A DNA stretch of 50,069 nt from Minisyncoccia bacterium (GTDB lineage: Bacteria > Patescibacteriota > Minisyncoccia > UBA6257), in contig JBMFOQ010000002.1 of the NCBI GenBank assembly GCA_049969555.1, positions 1 to 50,069 of the forward strand. Reading direction: 5' to 3'. The position numbers and the translations under genes were made by a program. Of this stretch, positions 9,738 through 19,243 are shown in pieces. The notes below the pieces were generated by a model that saw nothing but the letters and a program-made list of their open reading frames with translations, was not told where the DNA came from and ran no database searches. The stretch's first letter is position 1. The number at the start of each line of letters is the position of its first letter.

Positions 9738-10784
9738 ATGGAATTAAAAGAGTTTGATTATTATTTGCCAAAAGAACTAATAGCCCAAGAGCCGGTTATT
9801 CCCCGAGACCATTCCCGATTAATGATTCTTAAAAGAAAAGAGGAGGCGATTATTCATAGAAAATTTTATGAAATTGTTGATTTAGTGGATGAAAACGATA
9901 TTTTGGTTTTTAATAACACAAAGGTAGTGTCGGCAAGATTATACGGAAAAAAAGAAAAAAGTGGAGGAAAAGTCGAAATTATTTTAATTAGACCAAAAAA
10001 TTCAGATATTTTTGATTTTTTAAATTGGCCAAAAGAATGGTTAATAATTGGTAAGCCAAGTTTAAAAATAGGAAGTAAAATCATTTTTGATAAAGATTTA
10101 AAAGGGGAGATTAGAGAAATAAAAAATTATGAAAGAATTATTAGTTTTAATTTAGCAGGAAAAGAACTAAAAGAAAAAATTTTAAAATTAGGGTTACCGC
10201 CGCTTCCGCCATATATTGTTAAACCAACAGAAAAATCCTTTTTAAATTATCAGACTATTTTTGCTAAAAAAGAAGGTTCAATTGCTGCTCCAACTGCCAG
10301 TCTTCATTTTACAGAAGAGCTTTTAGGAAAGATAAAAGCCAAAGGAATAGCAATCCATTTTGTTACCTTACATATTGGTTTAGGCACTTTTTTACCCATT
10401 AAAACATCAACCATTGAAAATCATAAATTACATTCGGAGTTTTTTGAATTGGATATAAAAACAGCCAATGCCTTAAATCAGGCAAAAAAAGAGGGAAAAA
10501 GAATTATTGCTGTGGGAACTACTGTTGTGCGGGTTTTGGAGTATTGCGCCTTAAAAGATAAGAAATTAAAACCCCAAAAAGGATGGACAGATTTATTTAT
10601 TTATCCAGGATTTGAATTTAAAATCGTTGATGCTTTAATTACTAATTTTCATTTGCCAAAATCTTCTCTTCTATTATTAGTTTGCGCTTTTGCCGGCAAA
10701 GATTTGATATTTAGGGCTTACAAAGAGGCAATTAAAGAAAAATATAGATTTTTTTCTTTTGGTGATGCAATGTTTATTGTTTAA
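9738..10784 (+). CDS. queA: SAM:tRNA ribosyltransferase-isomerase
   Basis: FDYYLPKELIAQEP, AAPTASLHF, TNFHLPKS and YRFFSFGDAM motifs. Confidence 0.97.
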   Translation: MELKEFDYYLPKELIAQEPVIPRDHSRLMILKRKEEAIIHRKFYEIVDLVDENDILVFNNTKVVSARLYGKKEKSGGKVEIILIRPKNSDIFDFLNWPKEWLIIGKPSLKIGSKIIFDKDLKGEIREIKNYERIISFNLAGKELKEKILKLGLPPLPPYIVKPTEKSFLNYQTIFAKKEGSIAAPTASLHFTEELLGKIKAKGIAIHFVTLHIGLGTFLPIKTSTIENHKLHSEFFELDIKTANALNQAKKEGKRIIAVGTTVVRVLEYCALKDKKLKPQKGWTDLFIYPGFEFKIVDALITNFHLPKSSLLLLVCAFAGKDLIFRAYKEAIKEKYRFFSFGDAMFIV

Positions 10785-10793
10785 CTACCTAAA

Positions 10794-11918
10794 ATGTTTA
10801 GAATTATAAAACAAGCAAAAAGTTCTTTATTAAAAAAAGGAGAAGTAATAACTCCTCATGGAAGTTTTACAACGCCGGTTTTTATACCACCAGCAACTTA
10901 TGGTGCTTTGCGGGCAACTGATGTTAAAGATTTAGAAGAAATTGGTGTGGAAATTTTGTTAGTCAATGCTTTGCACTTGCATTTTAGGCCGACTGATAGA
11001 TTTATTAAAAAATTTGGCGGAATTCATAAATTTATGAACTGGCCAAAACCTATCTTAAGTGATTCTGGTGGTTTTCAGGCATGGAGTTTTAAAAGAAAAC
11101 AATCTTTAAGCAAAATAAAGGAAAATGGAGTTTGTTTTTATTCACCTTATGACGGAAAGAAAATTTTTTTAACTCCGGAAAAGGCAATTGAGATTCAACA
11201 CAATTTAGGTGTTGATATTATAATGGCTTTTGACGAATGTTCGCCAGATAATGAGGATAGAAATTATGTAGAAAAATCTTTAAGAAGAACTCATTTCTGG
11301 GCAAAGGAAAGTTTAAAAAAACATCAGGAATTATCAAAAAGAAAAGAAAAAAAACCGTTAATTTTCGGCATTGTTCAAGGCGGTCGTTTTTTGGATTTGC
11401 GGAAGAAGTCTTTGGAATTTATTTTAGAATTGCCATTTGATGGAATTGCTTTTGGCGGAGAAACAATCGGCTATAATATGCCAAAAACATTAGAAATTTT
11501 AGATTTTTTAAAAGAGTTTATTCCTCAAAATAAGCCGATTTATACGATGGGATTGGGTGCTTCGCCTTCTGATATAATAGAAGTAACAAAAAGAGGAATA
11601 GATATGTTTGATTGCGTAAATCCCGCAAGAATCGCTCGACATGGAGAACTTTATAATGGGAAAATTCAAAAAGATAAAAAAACAATAACAATAGAATCCG
11701 AATTTAAAGAAGGAATTTTAAAAATTAAACAAAGTAGATTTGTAAAAGATAAAAAACCTGTTGACGAAGATTGCGATTGCTATACTTGCAGGAATTTTTC
11801 TCGGGCTTATTTAAGACATTTATATCTTTTGAAAGAACCTCTCTATTTAAGATTAGCCACTATTCATAATTTGAGATATATTATAAGAGTAATAGAAGCC
11901 ATTAAATCACTATGTTAA
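10794..11918 (+). CDS. tgt: tRNA-guanine transglycosylase
   Basis: DSGGFQ, FDEC, GIVQGG, DMFDCV and CDCYTC...H zinc site. Confidence 0.95.
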   Translation: MFRIIKQAKSSLLKKGEVITPHGSFTTPVFIPPATYGALRATDVKDLEEIGVEILLVNALHLHFRPTDRFIKKFGGIHKFMNWPKPILSDSGGFQAWSFKRKQSLSKIKENGVCFYSPYDGKKIFLTPEKAIEIQHNLGVDIIMAFDECSPDNEDRNYVEKSLRRTHFWAKESLKKHQELSKRKEKKPLIFGIVQGGRFLDLRKKSLEFILELPFDGIAFGGETIGYNMPKTLEILDFLKEFIPQNKPIYTMGLGASPSDIIEVTKRGIDMFDCVNPARIARHGELYNGKIQKDKKTITIESEFKEGILKIKQSRFVKDKKPVDEDCDCYTCRNFSRAYLRHLYLLKEPLYLRLATIHNLRYIIRVIEAIKSLC

Positions 11919-12466
11919 TTCTTCATAGTTGTTGCGCTGGCTGCGCCTTACCAATTATTGATCATTTAATCAAAAACAAAAATTTGGAAATTTTATTATT
12001 TTTCTCTAACTCTAATATTTTTCCTTTTGAAGAGTATCAAAAGAGATTAGGTGATATTTTAAAGATAGCCAATTATTATCGTCTAAAGTTTATAGAGGAC
12101 GAGTATAACCATCAGCAATGGTTAGATTATCTTAAAGCAAGTTTGGATAAACCATTAAATAGTTATCCTGAAAACTCGTTTCGTTGTCAGAAGTGTTATG
12201 AGTTTCGTTTGTTAAAAACAGTTGAATTTTTAAAGAAGAATAATTTCAAAGATTTTGCCACTACTCTCTCGGTAAATCTTTATAAAGACATTGATTATAT
12301 AAATCAATTTGCTCTTAAACTATCAAAAGAAAATAATTTAAATTATATTAAAATAGATTTATTGCCAGGGGTTGCTAAAAGAGAAAGTTTAAGATTATCT
12401 AAAGAACTTAACATTTATCGCCAGAAATATTGCGGCTGTGAGTTTAGTTTAAATAATAATTTTTAA
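11912..12466 (+). CDS. queH: Epoxyqueuosine reductase QueH
   Basis: HSCCAGC, RCQKCYEFRL and YRQKYCGCEFS motifs; follows queA-tgt. Confidence 0.9.
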   Translation: MLILHSCCAGCALPIIDHLIKNKNLEILLFFSNSNIFPFEEYQKRLGDILKIANYYRLKFIEDEYNHQQWLDYLKASLDKPLNSYPENSFRCQKCYEFRLLKTVEFLKKNNFKDFATTLSVNLYKDIDYINQFALKLSKENNLNYIKIDLLPGVAKRESLRLSKELNIYRQKYCGCEFSLNNNF

Positions 12467-12469
12467 AAT

Positions 12470-13093
12470 ATGATTTACTCTTCTTTTGGAAATAGAAAAG
12501 AAAAGAAAATTGCTTTAACTTTTGACGATGGGCCCAACCCGCCAATTACTAATCAAGTTTTAGATATTTTAAAAGATTATAATGTTAAAGGAAATTTTTT
12601 TCTTTTAGGGAATTATGCCAAAGAAAATGAAGCAACAGTTAAAGAAATTTATAGAAGAGGGCATTTAATTGGGGTGCATGGTTATCATCATGAAAAAGGT
12701 GTTAATCCGGAATTTGAGATTGCGGCAGAGATTATTGAAAGAATAACAAAAGAAAAACCTATCTTTTACCGTCCGCCATACGGAGATTTAAAATTGTGCC
12801 TTTTTTCCAATTATTTTCAACTTAATCCTCAATTAAAAATAATTCTTTTTGATGTTGACTCTTTAGATTATAAAAGCAAAAAAGAGGAAATAATTGAAAA
12901 AGTTTTAAAAGAAACTCAGAATGGTTCAATTATAGACTTTCATGATTCTAGTCAACATTTAAAAGAAAAGAAAACAAGGCCCCTTGAAATGTTAAAGGCC
13001 CTGCCGGAAATAATTTTAAAATTAAAAGAAAAAGGGTTTTTAATCTTGAGGTTAGACGAAATGGATTTGATTTTTAAAGAATTTAAAAATTAA
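12470..13093 (+). CDS. Polysaccharide deacetylase (CE4/NodB)
   Basis: LTFDDGP, HGYHH, YRPPYG, DSLDY and FHD motifs. Confidence 0.9.
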   Translation: MIYSSFGNRKEKKIALTFDDGPNPPITNQVLDILKDYNVKGNFFLLGNYAKENEATVKEIYRRGHLIGVHGYHHEKGVNPEFEIAAEIIERITKEKPIFYRPPYGDLKLCLFSNYFQLNPQLKIILFDVDSLDYKSKKEEIIEKVLKETQNGSIIDFHDSSQHLKEKKTRPLEMLKALPEIILKLKEKGFLILRLDEMDLIFKEFKN

Positions 13094-13460
13094 TCGAAAT
13101 TCCTCGGTCAATCGTTTTAAAGTGAATCTTTTTTACGGAAAAAGAATTTTTAATTATTGAAATTACTTTTTTTTCGTCAAAATTGCGGCAGGAAAATAAA
13201 TCAAAAGCAAAATAATTATTTTCCGGCCAGGTATGAATTGAAAGATGAGATTCAGCAACAATACAAAAAGCGGTTAACCCGGAAGCAGTATTCAATGATT
13301 TTTTGTGTTGGGGAAATTTGTAAATAGTAGTTGGCAGTACTGCTTTCATTTTAACCGCCCTGACGATATTTTTAAACAACCCTTTGATAAAATTTGAATT
13401 GTCTAATCCTTTTGGATTTTTGGTAATCGCTTCTACCAAAAGGTGCTTACCGTATTGCAT
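13083..13460 (-). CDS. speD: Pyruvoyl-dependent S-adenosylmethionine decarboxylase family proenzyme
   Basis: YGKHLL, AESHLSIHTWPE (Glu-Ser self-cleavage site) and DLFSC motifs. Confidence 0.85.
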   Translation of the reverse strand: MQYGKHLLVEAITKNPKGLDNSNFIKGLFKNIVRAVKMKAVLPTTIYKFPQHKKSLNTASGLTAFCIVAESHLSIHTWPENNYFAFDLFSCRNFDEKKVISIIKNSFSVKKIHFKTIDRGISINF

Positions 13461-13527
13461 CTGAGTAAGATTTTTTATTTTTAAATTTTTTTTATTTTAA
13501 TAAAACATAAAATTTTTTCTTAATTTC

Positions 13528-13570
13528 ATTATAAGGCTATTTTTATCTTTGTCAAGAGATTTGCTATAAT
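13528..13570. promoter_or_regulatory. Divergent sigma70 promoters for speD (-) and amrS (+)
   Basis: Minus strand TTGACA-16-TATAAT (13555-13528); plus strand TGcTATAAT (13562-13570) 6 nt before the amrS ATG. Confidence 0.65.
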
Positions 13571-13576
13571 AAGAGT

Positions 13577-14596
13577 ATGGAAAAGGCCTTCTTATTTAAA
13601 AAATTAGAAAAAAGCAAAGTTGAGTGTTTGGCTTGTAATCATCATTGTATATTAGAAGAGTCTCAAACGGGAATTTGCGGCGTTAGAAAAAATATCAACG
13701 GTGAATTACGCCTTTTGGTATATAGTAAACCAGTAGCGGTAAATATTGAACCGATAGAGAAAAAACCCTTTTTTCATTTTTTTCCGGGAAAGGCTGCTTT
13801 TTCTTTAGGAACTATCGGTTGTAATTTTGGTTGTGAATTTTGTCAAAATTGGGAGATTTCCCAATTACCAAAAATTTCTAAAAGTTCTCAAATTTTTGAA
13901 ACCGAAGAATGGTCGCCGGAAAAAATTATCGCCTATTGCAAGGAAAACAGTATCCCGATAATTGCCTATACTTATAATGAACCAACGATTTGGACGGAAT
14001 ATGTTTTAGAGATAATGAAGTTAGCAAAAAAAGAAAAAATAAAAAATGTTTGGGTATCTAATGGATTTATGAGCAAAAAAACTATTAAATTAATTAGTCC
14101 CTATCTTGACGCGATTAATATCGATTTAAAAAGTTTTCGTGATGAATTTTATAGAAAAATTTGTAAAGCAAGATTAGAGCCAGTAAAAGAGAATATAAAA
14201 AAAATTTTTGAAATGGGAATTTGGGAAGAAATAACTACTTTAATCATCCCCGGTTATAATGATAGCGAAAAAGAATTAAAAGAAATAGCAAAATTTCTTT
14301 GTAATATTTCTCCGGATTTAGTTTGGCATATTACCGCTTTTTACCCTGCGTATAAAATGCTTGATATACCATCTACCTCTTTAAAAACTTTAATCAAAGC
14401 TTACCAAATAGGAAAAGAAGCTGGCCTTAAATATGTGTATACTGGTAATATTCCTGACAAAAATTTAGAAAGTACTTTTTGCCCAAATTGTCAGGAAAAA
14501 TTGATAGAAAGATGGGGGATAGAGATGATTAAAAATAATTTAAAGAACGGAAAATGTCCGCGATGCGGACAAAAAATTCCAGGAATCTGGAACTAA
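13577..14596 (+). CDS. amrS: AmmeMemoRadiSam system radical SAM enzyme
   Basis: CLACNHHC...CGVR, PIEKKP, CNFGCEFCQNW, YTYNEP and C-terminal CPNC/CPRC motifs. Confidence 0.92.
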   Translation: MEKAFLFKKLEKSKVECLACNHHCILEESQTGICGVRKNINGELRLLVYSKPVAVNIEPIEKKPFFHFFPGKAAFSLGTIGCNFGCEFCQNWEISQLPKISKSSQIFETEEWSPEKIIAYCKENSIPIIAYTYNEPTIWTEYVLEIMKLAKKEKIKNVWVSNGFMSKKTIKLISPYLDAINIDLKSFRDEFYRKICKARLEPVKENIKKIFEMGIWEEITTLIIPGYNDSEKELKEIAKFLCNISPDLVWHITAFYPAYKMLDIPSTSLKTLIKAYQIGKEAGLKYVYTGNIPDKNLESTFCPNCQEKLIERWGIEMIKNNLKNGKCPRCGQKIPGIWN

Positions 14597-14669
14597 ATAA
14601 ATTTTATTTAATAAAAATGAACAGTTTATTTTACAAACTATAAATTAAAGAATTTTAGAATTTTTTATT

Positions 14670-15464
14670 ATGTTTATTCGTCAGCCACAATTTAGCGGAA
14701 CATTTTATCCTCATGAGCCAGAAATTTTAAGAAAAATGATTGAGAATTTTTTGCATCAAGCAGGGATAGAAAAATTAAAAAAGAAACCAAAAGCAATTAT
14801 CGTTCCTCATGCTGGTTATATTTATTCTGGCCCTATCGCGGCCTATGGCTATAAAGCAATTAGCGAATTTGATTATCAAAATATTATTCTTTTGGGGCCT
14901 AGCCATAATTATGTTTTTGAAGGGCTAGCTTTCTCACCATTTAAAAAATGGCTCACCCCCTTGGGAGAAGTTGAGTCTTTGACTTTCCTTGATTTTCCTC
15001 TTTTAAAAGATAATAGATTAGTCAATGAATCAGCTGAGGCGCATCAATTAGAACATAGTTTAGAAGTCCAGTTGCCTTTTTTACAAGTAATTTTTAAAAA
15101 AAGGTCAGATTATAAAATATTGCCTTTGTTAACCGGGGAAATAGATATTTTAGAAGGAAAGAAAATAATAGAATCTTTTTTGGCAGAAGAAAATTTATTA
15201 ATAGTTAGTTCTGATTTAAGCCATTATCTTCCTTTTAATGATGCTTTAAAGCAAGATAAAGTGACAGTTGATGCTATTTTGGATTTAGATTTAGAGAGAT
15301 TTTTAGAATACGGGGAAGCTTGTGGTAAATTAGCGATTGCTATTTTAATTGCTTTAGCCAGAGAAAATGGGTGGATGGCTAAACTTTTAAAATTATCAAA
15401 CTCTGGAGAAACTGAAGGAGGAAAAGAGCAGGTTGTAGGTTATGCCTCTGTTATTTTTATATAA
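14670..15464 (+). CDS. amrB: AmmeMemoRadiSam system protein B (Memo-like)
   Basis: GTFYP, PHAGYIYSG, GPSH, EHSLEVQLPFLQ, SSDLSHY and VVGYAS motifs. Confidence 0.92.
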   Translation: MFIRQPQFSGTFYPHEPEILRKMIENFLHQAGIEKLKKKPKAIIVPHAGYIYSGPIAAYGYKAISEFDYQNIILLGPSHNYVFEGLAFSPFKKWLTPLGEVESLTFLDFPLLKDNRLVNESAEAHQLEHSLEVQLPFLQVIFKKRSDYKILPLLTGEIDILEGKKIIESFLAEENLLIVSSDLSHYLPFNDALKQDKVTVDAILDLDLERFLEYGEACGKLAIAILIALARENGWMAKLLKLSNSGETEGGKEQVVGYASVIFI

Positions 15465-15524
15465 AAAATGGTATAATACTATGAGAGTAAAAAATTATTT
15501 GTTTAGTATTTAAATTCTGTTTTT

Positions 15525-16082
15525 ATGACCAAAAAAGAAAAACAATATCTTTTAAATTTGAGTCGACGGACACTGGAAAAATACCTTAAAGAAAAAAGTA
15601 TTTTAGCGGTAGATGAAGATAGTTTATCTTTTCCTATTCTTAAAGAAAAAAAAGGGATTTTTATCACTCTTTTAAAAAACAATAAATTACGTGGGTGTAT
15701 TGGCAATTTAAGAGGAGACAAACCAGTTTATCAGGCAATAATTGAAAATACTTTGGCTGCCGCTCTTTTTGACCCGCGTTTTTCTCCTCTTGAAGAAAAT
15801 GAATTAAAAGATTTAAAAATTGAAATTTCTTTACTTTCAGAATTAAAACCACTCCCTTACACTCAGGAAAAAGAATTATTAAAATACCTGAAAAAGAAAA
15901 AACCAGGAATAGTAATTAAGAAAAACTTGAAGGAAGCAACATTTTTGCCGCAAGTTTGGAAAGAATTGAAAGACCCCGAGGAATTTTTATCTCAAGTGTG
16001 TTTAAAAGCAGGTTTGAGTGCTGAGGCTTGGAAAAAGCGGGGAATTGAGATATTTGAATATGAAGTAGAGAAAATTTATTGA
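15525..16082 (+). CDS. amrA: AmmeMemoRadiSam system protein A (AMMECR1 domain)
   Basis: LRGCIG, DPRF, ATFLPQVW and CLKAGL motifs. Confidence 0.92.
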   Translation: MTKKEKQYLLNLSRRTLEKYLKEKSILAVDEDSLSFPILKEKKGIFITLLKNNKLRGCIGNLRGDKPVYQAIIENTLAAALFDPRFSPLEENELKDLKIEISLLSELKPLPYTQEKELLKYLKKKKPGIVIKKNLKEATFLPQVWKELKDPEEFLSQVCLKAGLSAEAWKKRGIEIFEYEVEKIY

Positions 16083-17056
16083 GAAAACAAAAAGGGATAA
16101 ATTAAGTTTCTTAATTCTTGTGGATCGATTCCCGGACAGGAAGTTGGCGTTAATCTAATATTTAATTCTTTATGGCCCTTTATAAATTTATCAGAGATTT
16201 CCCGACCAGATAAGTCGGGTTTTTTTAAATAGAGTTCTTTTTGGGAAAAATCCCATTTGTATTCTTTTTTTAGATAAAGAATTAATTTTATTAAAGAATC
16301 TTTCATTTCTTCAGTCATTTGGTCGTGATTTTTTCTAAAATCTCCCATTAAGGCAATACCAATTGTGCCCTTATTATGATAATAAGTATGAGCGCCAACA
16401 GAATATTTTCCTCCTAAAGTCCCTTCAAAAATTCTTCCCTCTGAATCAATAAGAAAGTGATAACCAATATCGCGCCATCTTCTTAAAACAGCATGAAGAA
16501 GATAGATTCTTTGAACCTCTTTGATACTATCTTCATAAGTTTGGGTAAATTTTCCAGCAGTGTGATGAATGATAATTTCTTCTACTGGCAAGTATTGATA
16601 ATTAATCCCATTTTCTTTCCTTTTTGTTTGCAAAAATAAATCATCAAATTTCTCAAAGTTATTTCGATAATTAATTAGAAGACTTCTTGCTTTTAAATAT
16701 TCTTCCTCTAAAAAAGAGTTTTCTGGGTTGTATTCTTCTAAGGAACATCTAATTTTTTCGCATAATTTATTAATAAATTCGGGATTAGCATAATTATTGT
16801 CTGCACCCCATTCTTCGCGACTAATTATTTTTAATTTCTCGTCCCCTAATAATCTTTCACCATAAGTTTGGTAAAAGTCTGTTAAATTAATATGAGAGGG
16901 AATTTCTAAATTATCAGCATACTTTTCTTTTTGTTGGTCTTGATTCTTTGTTTTTTGAGAATAAAGATAAATTTTCGCATGAGATAAAAGAACCGCAAAA
17001 AATATGAGAGTTATTAAAATAATAATAGTTAAAAGATATTTTTTAAGGTCAAACAT
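16076..17056 (-). CDS. N-acetylmuramoyl-L-alanine amidase (PGRP/Amidase_2) with TM anchor
   Basis: ISREEWGA, IIIHHTAG, WRDIGYHFLID, GAHT, GH and TSCPG motifs. Confidence 0.88.
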   Translation of the reverse strand: MFDLKKYLLTIIILITLIFFAVLLSHAKIYLYSQKTKNQDQQKEKYADNLEIPSHINLTDFYQTYGERLLGDEKLKIISREEWGADNNYANPEFINKLCEKIRCSLEEYNPENSFLEEEYLKARSLLINYRNNFEKFDDLFLQTKRKENGINYQYLPVEEIIIHHTAGKFTQTYEDSIKEVQRIYLLHAVLRRWRDIGYHFLIDSEGRIFEGTLGGKYSVGAHTYYHNKGTIGIALMGDFRKNHDQMTEEMKDSLIKLILYLKKEYKWDFSQKELYLKKPDLSGREISDKFIKGHKELNIRLTPTSCPGIDPQELRNLIYPFLFSQ

Positions 17057-17057
17057 T

Positions 17058-17999
17058 TTAGATAAAAATTTTTCCTACTAAATATTTGTTGCCTTTTAAA
17101 AAATCAGAAGCATCCATTTCTTTTTTCCCTTCAGGTTTAATTATCTCAACAACATAAAAACCTTTCCCGCATTTAATCGCTAATTTGCCATTAAATTCAA
17201 AAATTTCTCCAATTTTTTTGTTTTCCGAGATATTGTTGTCATTGAAATTTTCGCCTTTGATAATTTTTATTATTTTATTATCTAAAGTGGTGTAAGTTCC
17301 GGGTTGGGGATTAAATGCCCTTATCTGACGGTCAATCTCAATACTATTTTTTTCCCAATTTATTTTTTCGTCTTCTTTTGTTATTTTGTGACAATAGGTT
17401 GCTAAAGCATCATTTTGGGGTTGGGGAATTATTTTATCTTCAAGCCATAAAGGGATAGTTTTAATAATTAATTCTGTTCCCAGTTGTGCCAATATTTGTG
17501 ATAGTTTGGTATAAGTGATTTTTGTATCTTGTATCTTGTATTTTATATTTTGGATTATTGGTCCATGATCAATTTTTTCATCCATTAAAAATAAAGTAAC
17601 TCCACTTTCTTTGTCGTCATTTAAAATAGCAGTTTGAATTGGGGTAGCGCCCCGCAAACGAGGCAGAAGCGAAGGATGAAGATTTAAAAACCCCTTGGGA
17701 AACATTTTTAAAAGTTTTAAAGGGATAATTTTTCCGTAAGCAGAAAGTAAGGCAAAATCTGCTTTTAAATTTTTAATTTTAGTTAAAAAACTTTTTTCGT
17801 TTAAGTTAGAAGGAGTAAGAACAGGAATATTTTCTTTTAAAGCCAAATCTTCAACAGGGGAGGGAATAAGAAATTTTTTTCTTCCTTGGGGTTTTCTTTC
17901 TGGAGCAACAACTAAAGATGGTTTAAAATTTGCTTTAATTAAACCTTCTAAAATCATTTTTGAAAATTCGCTTGAGCCGAAAAACAAAAAATTTCTCAT
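17058..17999 (-). CDS. fmt: Methionyl-tRNA formyltransferase
   Basis: FFGSSEF, NLHPSLLPRLRGATPIQ and MDEKIDHGPII motifs; follows def. Confidence 0.95.
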   Translation of the reverse strand: MRNFLFFGSSEFSKMILEGLIKANFKPSLVVAPERKPQGRKKFLIPSPVEDLALKENIPVLTPSNLNEKSFLTKIKNLKADFALLSAYGKIIPLKLLKMFPKGFLNLHPSLLPRLRGATPIQTAILNDDKESGVTLFLMDEKIDHGPIIQNIKYKIQDTKITYTKLSQILAQLGTELIIKTIPLWLEDKIIPQPQNDALATYCHKITKEDEKINWEKNSIEIDRQIRAFNPQPGTYTTLDNKIIKIIKGENFNDNNISENKKIGEIFEFNGKLAIKCGKGFYVVEIIKPEGKKEMDASDFLKGNKYLVGKIFI

Positions 18000-18013
18000 A
18001 AAATTATTAAAAA

Positions 18014-18481
18014 TTATAAAGGAGACCGCCCTGTTTCTTTTTTAATATTTTTCGCTTTGTCAATAAAAAGAACCCCATTTAAATGGTCTATTTCGTGCTG
18101 GATAACTCTGGCCAACAATCCAAAAGCCTTAATTTTTATTTTTTTACCATTTTCATTTTGCGCTTCAAGAACAATGGTTTTTGGTCTAATGACTTCGCCA
18201 TAATAACCAGGAAGGCTTAAACAACCTTCGGGAAAAATTTCTTCTTGCTGAGAAAATTTTATAATTTCTGGATTAATAAAAACTTTAAAATTTTCATCTA
18301 TCCGGCAAACAATTACTCTTGAAGGAACGCCAATTTGAATAGCAGCCAAACCTAAAGCATTGTTTTCCTTGATTGTCTTTTTCATTTTTTCAATTAAAGA
18401 AAACACTTCTTGGTTAAAGTGTTCCACCACTTTACTTTTTTGCCGTAATATTGGATTATTTTCTCCAGTGATGATTTCCAT
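18014..18481 (-). CDS. def: Peptide deformylase
   Basis: GLAAIQIG, EGCLS and QHEIDHLNG motifs. Confidence 0.96.
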   Translation of the reverse strand: MEIITGENNPILRQKSKVVEHFNQEVFSLIEKMKKTIKENNALGLAAIQIGVPSRVIVCRIDENFKVFINPEIIKFSQQEEIFPEGCLSLPGYYGEVIRPKTIVLEAQNENGKKIKIKAFGLLARVIQHEIDHLNGVLFIDKAKNIKKETGRSPL

Positions 18482-18568
18482 AAAAATAAATTGTTTAGAT
18501 AATATTTTGCTTTATTAAGTTTTCCTTCGGCCTTAATACCGAGTTTGCTCACTTAATGTCTAATATCT

Positions 18569-19243
18569 TTATTTTATAACTCTCCATTCAATATCTGATT
18601 TTTTGCCAGCGAATTCTAACCATTCACCATTGTCATCAATCACATACCACTTTTTTCGCGTTTCTGAAAAAACCATTGGTTTCCCCTGATAATAGGGCTT
18701 TTTGACGATTTCTTTTGGCTTTAATCTATCTAATTCCAGCCATTTTTTAAATACAGTTTCAATAGCATAGTCCAAATTGCGCGACTTTGCCCATTGGGCT
18801 ACTTTTTCAATTGCTTCTTTCGCTTTTTCAACTGAACCGGCAAGAGTCAATAATTCTTTTGCTGGTTTTGTAAAGCGGGAATAAATTATTTTTTTCTTGC
18901 GGCTATCTTTTTTTAATTGTTCTAAACTAACACCTTTTGTTTTAAAATAATAAGTAATGATATCACGAATAGCGGTTTTTTCTTTTAATTCTTCATAATA
19001 TTTTATTTTTCCTTTTTCTAAATATTCAATAACTTTCGTGGCGATGCTTTTACCTATTCCTTTAATCTCTTCTAGGGCTTTTCTTCCACCTTTTTTATAA
19101 ATATCCTTAATATCTTCTTTTAATCCTTCGATGGCAATGGCTGCTTTTAAATAAGCCCTTGGTTTAAAAGGGACACTGTTTATTTCTAAAAGACGGCTGA
19201 TATCTTTAAGTATTTTTGAAATTTTAAGATTATGGCTAGTCAT
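18569..19243 (-). CDS. PolX N-terminal (8-kDa/HhH) domain fused to an unknown C-terminal domain
   Basis: N-terminal PFKPRAYLKAA...IKGIGKSIATKVIEYLEKGKI mirrors the N-terminus of the PolX at 31880-33643. Confidence 0.75.
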   Translation of the reverse strand: MTSHNLKISKILKDISRLLEINSVPFKPRAYLKAAIAIEGLKEDIKDIYKKGGRKALEEIKGIGKSIATKVIEYLEKGKIKYYEELKEKTAIRDIITYYFKTKGVSLEQLKKDSRKKKIIYSRFTKPAKELLTLAGSVEKAKEAIEKVAQWAKSRNLDYAIETVFKKWLELDRLKPKEIVKKPYYQGKPMVFSETRKKWYVIDDNGEWLEFAGKKSDIEWRVIK

